From the IMG/VR virus record IMGVR_UViG_3300025405_000011, positions 68,619 to 132,618 of that record: a stretch of DNA of 64,000 bases. The stretch is one strand, 5' to 3'. Within the stretch, counting starts at the first letter, position 1; every line of letters starts with the position of its first letter. Below, piece after piece: positions 1-9,600 of the stretch. Source of the DNA: a virus. Under the pieces are notes generated by a model. It saw nothing but the letters and a program-made list of their open reading frames with translations, was not told the origin of the DNA and did not search any database. Both the position numbers and the translations under genes were made by a program.

Positions 1-359
1 GCTATAGAACCGGGACCCATTAGAACTAGGTTGGTAATTGCATCCCATAGCTTGTCTCGTTCTTCTGAGTGCATAGCCATAATTTGTAAGTCTATGCTAC
101 CTTCAAAATAACCTGCACGATAGTTTATCCAATCAGCACCACTGGGTAGATATTGATCTGGCATTAGTCCAGTCCATTGTACTTTTTCTGGTCTAAACTG
201 TACAAAAATTGCAGGCCATGCTACTTCTTCTAGAGGATATTCAATGGTAACACTATTGGGCACTAGCTCCAGCCCGGTATTGCTAGGGGAACTAGAGATC
301 TGTTGAAATCCTGCAATTAATGCTTCTACAATGGCAGTTTTAGTGGCGGTAATAAACAT
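1..359 (-). CDS. Partial gene (runs off window): probable tail-completion/neck protein
   Basis: Not in the ORF track. The ATG at 359 overlaps the previous stop (TAATG) and the frame stays open to the edge: MFITATKTAIVEAL...IEYPLEEVAWPAIFV...FEGSIDLQIMAMHSEERDKLWD. It lies after the neck genes. Confidence 0.5.
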   Translation of the reverse strand, partial: MFITATKTAIVEALIAGFQQISSSPSNTGLELVPNSVTIEYPLEEVAWPAIFVQFRPEKVQWTGLMPDQYLPSGADWINYRAGYFEGSIDLQIMAMHSEERDKLWDAITNLVLMGPGSI

Positions 360-856
360 TATTGAGGTCCTAGTAGGTTATTTACAGCATCTTTTGCATC
401 ACTATCTCTAAGCATACGAATGGTACTAGAATAGGTTAGTCCATTCTTCCATTCGGCAACTGCCATATTTACAGCTTTTTCAATAAAACCCATTGGAGCT
501 TCTCCCGGGTGAACCCACTGTACTTTAGAGCTAATGAGTTGACCCTGATTGGTTCGAGTGATTACTTTCTTTTGGCCTATAGTACTAGCACTCGCTCTAC
601 GAAAAGCTATACTACCGTCACTATTTCTAATCGGGATTACTTTTCCAGCTAGTCCAGTCATGGCATAAGGGTCCATACCCTTATCTTCATAGTACATATA
701 GGCTACATCTTGGGGTATGTCTATACCGACCATGCCATCATCTGATATAGGTACTAGTCTAGAAGCACCCTTACCACTCTTTTTGGGAGCAAACAATTGA
801 ACAAGTTCTCCAGCTCTACGAGAAATACTGAAAGTAACTGAACTAGGAAGTTTCAT
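359..856 (-). CDS. Virion morphogenesis protein (neck/tail-joining region), function uncertain
   Basis: 165-aa ORF abutting its neighbours, with a WVHPG motif, among head-tail joining genes. Confidence 0.45.
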   Translation of the reverse strand: MKLPSSVTFSISRRAGELVQLFAPKKSGKGASRLVPISDDGMVGIDIPQDVAYMYYEDKGMDPYAMTGLAGKVIPIRNSDGSIAFRRASASTIGQKKVITRTNQGQLISSKVQWVHPGEAPMGFIEKAVNMAVAEWKNGLTYSSTIRMLRDSDAKDAVNNLLGPQ

Positions 857-1615
857 TTAGATCACCGGAACCGAATAGTAAGGATGTCCAGGCCAAAGAT
901 TCTCTAGGGTTGCTGTTTGATTTACTATAATGGTAGTATTGGTATAAGGTTGTGACCCTACTCTATACGGGTATTGAGCACTAGGACCAGGACCAGTTCT
1001 AATAGTTACGGGACTAACCGCACTAACTTGAAAACGAGTAGAAGTAGCAGTAGCAGTATTGCCATTCCAACTTTCCACTCGAGTGACTAGATCACCGGTT
1101 CTAATCTGAGGATACCAAGAAAACTGCACTTGAGGGTTTTGTTGCCAAAATTGACCAGTAGAGAGATTTTTACGAACATCTGGAGTATCACTAGCCAGCA
1201 TATATAGATGATAGGCTACCGGTTGAAATCCACCAGTAAAAGTAGTGCCGTAACAAGCGGGACAATAGCTATTGCCACTCTGACGATAGACTTTACTAAC
1301 TCGTGCTTGAATTGCTGGATTAGGCATGGTAGGGTTGGGACTATCTTGACATTCTTGACAGTAAGTGACCAATCCTGCAGCAGCATCTTCAGCACGCCAA
1401 AGCAAACGAACTATACACTCTTCTCCAAACCATTGTAGAGTTTCATCATGAAATCTTTGCTGGTCTACCTGTGTCCAATTTTCTCTCTGCTTGATTACTA
1501 GTAGAGGACTCTCCACTTGATAAGATAGAGTTTGAACAGGTGGTGTTGGAGGTATTACTGGACCCGGTTGTGGGTCAATTGGGCTTAGAGCGGGGTCTAC
1601 CCAATTTGTAGACAC
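857..1615 (-). CDS. Probable neck/head-closure protein
   Basis: CQEC...CPACYGTTFTGGF motif and a beta-rich C-terminal half, typical of myovirus neck proteins. Coupled to the upstream gene. Confidence 0.5.
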   Translation of the reverse strand: MSTNWVDPALSPIDPQPGPVIPPTPPVQTLSYQVESPLLVIKQRENWTQVDQQRFHDETLQWFGEECIVRLLWRAEDAAAGLVTYCQECQDSPNPTMPNPAIQARVSKVYRQSGNSYCPACYGTTFTGGFQPVAYHLYMLASDTPDVRKNLSTGQFWQQNPQVQFSWYPQIRTGDLVTRVESWNGNTATATSTRFQVSAVSPVTIRTGPGPSAQYPYRVGSQPYTNTTIIVNQTATLENLWPGHPYYSVPVI

Positions 1616-2481
1616 TACATACCACCCATGTTTACAGCAGCATACTGGAAGTGAGGACGAGCTGGGTTAACAAACATACGAGGAATAAGTCCTCCAGCAA
1701 CAAGTAGACTTCTCTTGGAACCGACCATAAACCAACGCTTCATTTGTCGCAGTTGCTTGTCAGCAATCTCTTTTTCAAAAGTATAGAGACTCCACCAACG
1801 GTTATAGTAATCTCTACGATCCATCCAAGCGGCAGTCATACCTTGAGGAGTTGGCTGTTCAATGTAGTTACGAGCAATATGTTTGATAAAGTGAGCATAG
1901 GTTTGGGTAGCCAATACTCCATAGTACTGGATGGGCCATGGAGCCATTGCATTAATACCCACTTCATAGGCTGGTTGAAATACCGGCTGGAATTCATAGT
2001 TACAATAATCCATGACTTCTGTAGACATTAAGAATGCTGTATCTTCATACATAGCAAACCCACTTTGCTGTAGTTCTTGTAAGTAAGGACCACCACTAGT
2101 AGAATCAAAACTTCGGTCTAGTCTATGAACGATACCGGTAACTAGTTCTTGTTGTTCAGTGGTGAGATTTTGCCAATAGGGCATCTGACCACTAACAATA
2201 TAGTAGTCTTCATAGTATCTGACTACTCCATTGACATAATAAGTCCAGAATACTGTATAGTTGTCTTCTACTGAAGTTTGAGTAGAGTCTAGCATATAGT
2301 TATATACACCGGTACTCTCTCGTGTAGCCAGAGTGCCACTGGGCACTAGAACAGTATTATTGTTGGTATTGGTAATGGTTAGAGTAACTGAGTCAGCATC
2401 TGGGTCAGTGAGTACTCCATTTACATAGATCATAATACCTACGGGTTCAACCGCATATTGAGGGATTGGACGTACTCTCAT
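1615..2481 (-). CDS. Probable head-tail adaptor with N-terminal Ig-like domain
   Basis: N-terminal beta domain (TRESTGVYNY...YTVFWTY) followed by a helical domain (DRRDYYNRW). Synteny with neck genes. Confidence 0.5.
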   Translation of the reverse strand: MRVRPIPQYAVEPVGIMIYVNGVLTDPDADSVTLTITNTNNNTVLVPSGTLATRESTGVYNYMLDSTQTSVEDNYTVFWTYYVNGVVRYYEDYYIVSGQMPYWQNLTTEQQELVTGIVHRLDRSFDSTSGGPYLQELQQSGFAMYEDTAFLMSTEVMDYCNYEFQPVFQPAYEVGINAMAPWPIQYYGVLATQTYAHFIKHIARNYIEQPTPQGMTAAWMDRRDYYNRWWSLYTFEKEIADKQLRQMKRWFMVGSKRSLLVAGGLIPRMFVNPARPHFQYAAVNMGGM

Positions 2482-2483
2482 TT

Positions 2484-5276
2484 TTAGACTCCGTTTGTTG
2501 CTGTACTTAAATATCGAATTATAACTATGCCTTGGTAACCGGCTCCACCAGTATTACCACCACCAGAACTACCGGTAGTTCCACCACCGCCACCACTGCC
2601 GTAATAAGTGGCACTAGCACCTCCCGCCGAACCAATATACCCACCTCTACCACCACCACCAGTGCCACCAATACCGTTAACATACCCGCCACCACCACCG
2701 CCACCAGCGACTATTCCTAGAGAGAGTGTATTAGTATAGTACCAGCTTTGAAAAGCATTGGTTCCGGTCCCACCATCACCACCTTGAACATTGGCATTAT
2801 AACCATTGGAAGAGTTAGTGTCAATTCCAACAGTTCCAACTGCACCAGTTCCACCACCACCTCCACCAGCAGGACCTAGGTTTGCTCCACCATGTTGACC
2901 ATAAAAAGCGGTATAGCCTTGTGTAGAGCCCGGTTGATTGGCATTACCGCCGGTATCAGCACTAGAGCTATAGGCCACTACTCCACCACCACCTCCACCA
3001 CAGCCACCATCATTACCACTCTGTCCAGCGGGAGCACCACCACCACCAGCTTGACCATAGACAGTAATTCCAGTGTTGATTTCAACAAAACTAGAGCTAC
3101 TACCAGTGGCACCAGGGGTACCTGCTCCAGAACCACTTGATGCAGGTTGACCACCAGTAGTGCCACTACCTACAACAATATAGAAATTACCAGTATTTAG
3201 TATATATTTTTTATAACCAATTCCACCGGCTCCACCGCCACCACCACCACGACCACTAGCTGTAACAGTTCCACTAGTACCGGGACGATAACCGGCTCCT
3301 CCTCCACCGCCTGGACCCACTACCAGCACTTCTGCAAGTAATGAATTACCACTAAGACTAAAATTACTACTAACACTACCGACTGTAAATACTCGATAGA
3401 TGTAGCCGTCTCCAGGATTAACAATAGTTCCACCACTAGGCACTGGAAATACTCCAGTGACACTAAAGTTATAGCTAGTGGCATAAGTGAGCGAGTTTCC
3501 AGCACTATCGGTCACTTTAAAGGATATATTATTGGCACTAATTGTACTGGTTCCTGTATTGGCAGCAGTTCCAGTTAGTGCACCTGAACTATTAAGCCCC
3601 AGTCCCAGTGTACTTAGAGCAACTCCCCCACCGTCTACTTCAGCCCAAGTGTAACCGGAACCTGTACCACCTGTAGCACTAAAGCTACCACTAGCAGCAT
3701 CACCATTGTTATAAGAGGTCTTTATAGAGTTTGGAGTAATTACCAGTGCTGGGTAACCGCTTACAGTTACTGTAGTTACCACAGATGCTGCATAATTACC
3801 GTAGATATCAGTTGCTGTAAAGTATACACCAGTGGCAGTTTTACTACTAGTTGTTGTATTGGTAGCTGTTCCACTAATGGTTAGAGTCGAGTATGGACTA
3901 CTGCCAGCACTAAGGGTTAATCCCAGTGTACTAAGAGCAACTCCCCCAGTGTCTCCTTCAGCCCAAACATATGGAGATTGACCACCCGTAACACTAAAGC
4001 TACCGTTACCGGGATTACCATTACCATAACTACTGGACATACTTCCGGTAACTGACATTGCAGTTAAACTTGTTACACTAAAACTAATGGCACTAGAGAG
4101 GGCTGTCTGACCCAATCCGTCGGTTACACTAAAAGTTGTAGTATTACTTACACTACTGGTTGTATTGTTGGTTGCAGTTCCAGTTAATGCACCTGTACTG
4201 GTACTAAAACTTAGTCCCATATTGGTTAGACTAGTGCCAGTAGAACTATAGATTGCATAAGTATAAGTACCGGTACCGCCTGCTCCAGCTACACTGCCAT
4301 TATATGCAGTCTGTCTGGTTAGTGCAGTAGTACCGAGATTGTTAGTGAGTGTCACTCCCGGGTAGGCTTTGAAAGTTACAGTGCTACTGGTTGCAGTATT
4401 GTTGGTTGTAGTGTCAGTTACTGTAAAGGTTACCGGATAGCTAGTGATAGTGGCTGGAGCAGTGACTGTACCAGAAAAAGTACCACTAGAGGTAAGACTA
4501 ATTCCACTAGGCAGAGTGCCACTGACAGTATAGGTGTAGTTGCCACTACCACCACTTGCAGTAACTCTACCGGTCATACTACTGCCACTTATTAAGGTAG
4601 TATTAGCAGTGACATTTACTGCACTAGTATTGATGGATAGAATTGTTGGAGAGACTGTAAAGGTAACAGGGCTACTGTTACTAGTGGCTGCAGTAGTATT
4701 GTCAGTGACTCTAAAAGTTGCTGTAGAAGTAACGGGTACATATGATTGAGTCACTGTACCAGTAATGGCTCCTGTACTAGAACCGAGATTCATACCGGTA
4801 GGCAGTGTACCACTAACTATAGTATAGGTATAGCTATTACTACCACCAGTTGCTGTAAGAGTTCCAGCACTAGTAGTTCCACTGGTAAGAGTGGTAACTA
4901 GACTACTGGTACTAATAGTCAATTGAGCGGCAACATTGAAAGTAACTGGAGTACTAGTTGCACTCTGGTGAGTACTACTATCGGTTACTCCAAAAGTAAC
5001 AGTAAAACTAGTGGGACTGCCACTGGCAATTACTACCCCACTAATAACTCCGGTACTACTATTTATAGTCAATCCATTGGGTAGACTACCGGTAGCAACA
5101 CCATAGATGTAGGGTCCAGCTCCACCGGTTACTGAAACTTGCCCTCCACTGGTACTGCCACCGTATAGAGTGGTAGTGAACCCGGTAGCATTGACTACAA
5201 GTTTGGCATAGTGCTTTCCTGTATTTAGACCAAACCCTCTTGCGGAGTCAGCTCCAAAGCTACCCAGTAATGGCAT
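2484..5276 (-). CDS. Tail fibre/receptor-binding protein: tandem putative-Ig (He_PIG-like) repeats plus C-terminal glycine-rich domain
   Basis: About six repeats of GG...Y.Y....G.LP.G.....STG.I.G, then VLVVGPGGGGGAG...GAGYQGIVIIRY. Start moved to MPLLGSFG (5276) to remove the overlap. Confidence 0.75.
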   Translation of the reverse strand: MPLLGSFGADSARGFGLNTGKHYAKLVVNATGFTTTLYGGSTSGGQVSVTGGAGPYIYGVATGSLPNGLTINSSTGVISGVVIASGSPTSFTVTFGVTDSSTHQSATSTPVTFNVAAQLTISTSSLVTTLTSGTTSAGTLTATGGSNSYTYTIVSGTLPTGMNLGSSTGAITGTVTQSYVPVTSTATFRVTDNTTAATSNSSPVTFTVSPTILSINTSAVNVTANTTLISGSSMTGRVTASGGSGNYTYTVSGTLPSGISLTSSGTFSGTVTAPATITSYPVTFTVTDTTTNNTATSSTVTFKAYPGVTLTNNLGTTALTRQTAYNGSVAGAGGTGTYTYAIYSSTGTSLTNMGLSFSTSTGALTGTATNNTTSSVSNTTTFSVTDGLGQTALSSAISFSVTSLTAMSVTGSMSSSYGNGNPGNGSFSVTGGQSPYVWAEGDTGGVALSTLGLTLSAGSSPYSTLTISGTATNTTTSSKTATGVYFTATDIYGNYAASVVTTVTVSGYPALVITPNSIKTSYNNGDAASGSFSATGGTGSGYTWAEVDGGGVALSTLGLGLNSSGALTGTAANTGTSTISANNISFKVTDSAGNSLTYATSYNFSVTGVFPVPSGGTIVNPGDGYIYRVFTVGSVSSNFSLSGNSLLAEVLVVGPGGGGGAGYRPGTSGTVTASGRGGGGGGAGGIGYKKYILNTGNFYIVVGSGTTGGQPASSGSGAGTPGATGSSSSFVEINTGITVYGQAGGGGAPAGQSGNDGGCGGGGGGVVAYSSSADTGGNANQPGSTQGYTAFYGQHGGANLGPAGGGGGGTGAVGTVGIDTNSSNGYNANVQGGDGGTGTNAFQSWYYTNTLSLGIVAGGGGGGGYVNGIGGTGGGGRGGYIGSAGGASATYYGSGGGGGTTGSSGGGNTGGAGYQGIVIIRYLSTATNGV

Positions 5277-5277
5277 A

Positions 5278-6081
5278 TTAGTATGCAGTCCACGCAGCAA
5301 AGACTCTAACAGTTGAAGTACTATCCTTAGTAACTGTTATAGTATAAGTATCATATCCACTACTACTACCATAAGTTGGAGCAGCTCCTCCACCACCCCA
5401 ATAGACTGTAGCAACTCCACCATCTACAGTTACTGTTCCACAATAGCCATTATTGACAGCAGTTGCTACTACAGTAGTTATAGACTGATTGGTCTGTAGA
5501 TAGTTAATAAGACTTCCGGTACTGGCAGTAACATTAATAGTAAATCCCGTTACTGTAGTGGCTCCTGTAAACAAGTGTACACTAGTGCTATCAGCATTGA
5601 TTGATACCGAGTTTCCGATTGTACTAGCATGAGTAGTAAAGTTTTCTACCGGACTAGTGAGAGTTAAATTGTTGGTCCAATAAGGAAAACTAGCACCACT
5701 TGCAGTAGACATTAATAGTTGTCCACTTGCACTAGGGGTAGGAAAGTCTCCATTGACCATTCCACTCTGTACTGTAAAGTCACTGGCCAGTAGACCCGAA
5801 ACCCATGGAACAGAAGTTGCACTAGTAATACCACTAGTGGTCTCTTGTGCACGAGTAACTGAAGCAATTCCTACACTACCACTACTAGTGATACTATTAA
5901 CATAAACAATTTCTGGGTTTAGTACAGAACCTAGGTAACCTGGAGCCAAAATAATTGGTAAATAGGTACCACTAGGGACTGTAATTCCATAGAAACCTGA
6001 ACTAGTAATGGTAGTATCACTACTACTTATACCACTTGCAGTAAGTCCATAAAGAAAGTTTTTGCGAAATCTAGTGGTCAT
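5278..6081 (-). CDS. Tail-fibre-associated structural protein
   Basis: S/T/G-rich. N-terminal PEIVYV...VTRAQE.T module and C-terminal YWGGG.APT....YDTYTITV module, as seen upstream of phage fibre genes. Confidence 0.6.
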   Translation of the reverse strand: MTTRFRKNFLYGLTASGISSSDTTITSSGFYGITVPSGTYLPIILAPGYLGSVLNPEIVYVNSITSSGSVGIASVTRAQETTSGITSATSVPWVSGLLASDFTVQSGMVNGDFPTPSASGQLLMSTASGASFPYWTNNLTLTSPVENFTTHASTIGNSVSINADSTSVHLFTGATTVTGFTINVTASTGSLINYLQTNQSITTVVATAVNNGYCGTVTVDGGVATVYWGGGGAAPTYGSSSGYDTYTITVTKDSTSTVRVFAAWTAY

Positions 6082-6087
6082 TTAATC

Positions 6088-6579
6088 CTACTTAGTGGGT
6101 GGTGTGTGACTCGAATTTGCATTAATTGCATTAGTATTAAAACGTAGATAAGTTTGTGGTTTTCGTCCATCTTGATTAACATGGCAGTAGCTGGGGTCAC
6201 CCTGCTGACCCATTGAAATAGTCAAGGGATTAGAAGCATTAGCACCAGTTACATCTACAATTAGAGCAGTATGCCAACCGGTACCGGGTCCGTAGACAAT
6301 TACATCTCCGGGTTGTACGTCTTTAAGAGCAATCTTTTGCCCATGAGCAAGAAGTGTACCAGTATAGCCCGTGTGATTGTAGCTTTGACCGTTAGGGTCA
6401 GGAGCTCCAGCCCAGTTGTAGCAAAGAGTTACAAAGGCCGAGCAATCGGAGACAACTGGTAGTTTACCAGCATGTCCAATTCCAGACATACGCTGAGGAC
6501 CTTCTGAATAAGTAAATTTTGCATGATTAGTAGCAGCCCACTTGGCCCAAGCTACAATAACAGAACGAACATCTGACAT
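6088..6579 (-). CDS. NlpC/P60-family cysteine peptidase (cell-wall hydrolase/endolysin candidate)
   Basis: SDCSAFV, QPGDVIVYG and HTALIV motifs. RBS AAGGAG upstream. Confidence 0.8.
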   Translation of the reverse strand: MSDVRSVIVAWAKWAATNHAKFTYSEGPQRMSGIGHAGKLPVVSDCSAFVTLCYNWAGAPDPNGQSYNHTGYTGTLLAHGQKIALKDVQPGDVIVYGPGTGWHTALIVDVTGANASNPLTISMGQQGDPSYCHVNQDGRKPQTYLRFNTNAINANSSHTPPTK

Positions 6580-6637
6580 AATTCTCCTTATGGACTCGTA
6601 TAACTCTTATGTGAAAACAAGAGTCTAGTACATTCTA

Positions 6638-9600
6638 TTAACTAGTAGGTTCTGTGTGACTATTAGAATTTCCATTACCAGAAGAGTAGTTACCGGTAGT
6701 GTTATTGGGTTGTTGTTCAGCATAGTCAGCGACTCTGTTTTGGGTAAAGGTATTGACATCTGTATTTTCAACTAGTCTAACATTCATTAGTCTCTTGACA
6801 TTAAATCGTATTAGACTAGTGGCAGTGGCAATAGCTTGTCTAATTGCAGTTCTACGTCTACTAGTGCCAATCTGATAACTAACTGTTACACTAGCACCAC
6901 GATATTTACCCTTAGCCTTGGTAACAGTAGCACTAACCACTTGTGCTGCTTGAGCAGTCTTGTGTTTACCCTTACCTCTAAAGGCACGACCCAAGAATAC
7001 AGCTACAGGACGAACACTCCAGTAAATTCCACGGGTAAAAGCTCCAAGCATTACTACTGGAATTCTAACTGTAGTTCTTAATGCTTTATTGGAACGCACT
7101 AGAGAGAATGAAGTAGAAAATACAAGCTTGAGTCTATTAAAGATCTTGCTATTGGTTACTAGAGCCATAGAGTTTGCAATAGCGGTCTTGGGTCTATTTA
7201 TAGTCTTAGTTCCAAAGGCAATATTGATTAGATTTATTACCGAGCTTCTAAAACTATTGACTATCTTAAGTGAACGACCCACATTAACTCCTAATGCACG
7301 AGCCAAACGCAGATGAGTGGCTGTTCTAGATACCGTAGCTAGACCAAAGAAACGAGCTGTAGCCCATCGATAGAGTGCAGTAATAGGGCCCTGTACACTA
7401 GACTGTATTACTAGTGCACTAGCTCTACGGAAACTGACTACAGTTCTACTAGCTATGGCTCTATTTACTACACTTGCACTAGATCTACGAATTGCTCTTA
7501 CTAGTCGAGTATTACTGGTCAATTGTATTCCAGTGGCAATTGAATGTCTAAGCTTACGAGCAAAGTTAGTGGTCTGTACTATAGAGAACGATACTACTGT
7601 ACTGTTTCTAAACTTAACAGCATACTTGACTGTAGTTATTGCAAGTGAACTAGTAGCAATAGAGTATCTAAGTTTATTGGCTTTTTTAGTTGTAGAAATT
7701 AACTCTACAAAAGTGGCTCGAGCGTATCTATAGAGTCTGGTAAATGGAATTTCATAACCAGCAAGCAGTGTTTGTTGAGCAACTGAACTTCGTATCTTAG
7801 TTGCAAATTTATTACTAGATACTAAACCAAATACTCTAGCCTGGGCATATTTAAAGAAACGTCCAATGGGATTGTCACTAGCTAACGATACTACCGTAGC
7901 AATAGCATAACGTAATTTATTGGCAGTCTTGTTATTGTTGGCCAAGTTGACTAGTGTAGCTCGAGCATAACGAAATAGACGAGCAAAAGGAATCTCTGGA
8001 CTAGCAAGTAGTAGTGTTGTTACTCTACTGTAGCGAACTTTTTGAGCAAATTTATTGTTAAGTACTAGATTGAATAATGAAACTATAGAGTGTTTAAGTT
8101 TATTGGCAATCTTGATGTTACTGGACAGAGATATAAAAGTAATTCGAGCGTAACGAAGCAATCTATCAAATCTAAAATCCCCAGCTCTCTGTACCACAGT
8201 AGCTATAGCATAACGTAGTTTACGAGCGGTATTAGTAGAAGTAACTAGACTAACTAAGCTGGCTTGAGCAAATCTAAATAGACGAGTAAATGGTATTTCA
8301 GGACTGGCCAACCAAATTTGTAAGACTGTACTGTATCTAAGTTTTCGAGCAGTATTGGTAGTGGCTATAGAATTGATAATATTGACTACTGAGTGTCTAA
8401 ACTTGTTTGCTGTTTTATTCAAAGAGGCCAATGGAGTAAGAGCGGCTGTTCCTATTCGCAAGAATACTCCACGTTTACTGACACTAACTAGAGCAAATGC
8501 TCGAGCGGTAGCCCATCGGTATAGAGCAGTAATAGGGCCCTGTCGAGTGAGTGAGATTACAGTAGCTAGTGCTCTACGTAAGTATACACCAGTACGAGTT
8601 ACTTGTACGGTATTAATAACTGTACCTATACCCCTACGAACATACCGTCCAACTCTACTGGTCACTACAAAGCTAGTAGCAATAGCAGTTGCTCTACGAA
8701 CTTTGTTGGCTACTCTAGAACTACTAACTAACTGTATAGTAGAAGCAATAGCATAAGTAAAGAAGTGCCCAACTCTTACACATCTAGTAAGAGATATTTG
8801 TACTACTGCACTAGATCGAATCTTTCGAGCAAACTTAGAACTAGCTATAGTTGTAATAGATAGTGCACTAGAGAATCTAAAGCTAACAGTTCTACGAGTA
8901 GTAGAAGCAAGATATATAGCAGTTACTCTAGCACGACGAAGCAAACGGGTAAACGGTATTTCAGGACTAGCCAAAAATACTTGTATGATATTACTGTAGC
9001 GAAGTTTTTGAGCAAACTTATTATTACTTGTTAGAGATATAAAGGTGGCTCGAGCATATCTAAATAGTTTTGTAAACGGTATTTCTGGACTAGCTAGCAA
9101 TGTCTGTATTACTATACTAGAACGAATTTTTTGTGCATATTTATTATTGTTTACTAGACCAATTGCTAGTGCACGAGCATAACGGAATAATCTATCAAAT
9201 GGTTTTTCTGGAGAAACAAGCCAAACTTGTACTATATTGCTATAGCGTAGTTTATTAGCATACTTACTGTTAGTACTTAAAACAATGAAAGTTGCTCTAG
9301 CACGACGAAACAGTCTAGTAAATGGCACTTCAGGACTAGCAAGCCAAGTTTGAATTACTGTACCGTAACGAAGTTTTTGAGCATAGTTGTTAGTAACTAT
9401 AGAGTTAATATAGTTTACTACTGAGTATCTAAGCTTGTAAGCAAAATTGGTTGAAGCTACTGATAGTATATTGGTAATCGTAGAAAAACGAGAGTGAGTA
9501 GCAGTACGAGTAGTTGTTACTAGAGCAAATACTCGAGCGGTAGCACGTCGATAGAGTGCAGTAATAGGACCTTGTCGAGTGAGATTGACTACAGTAGACA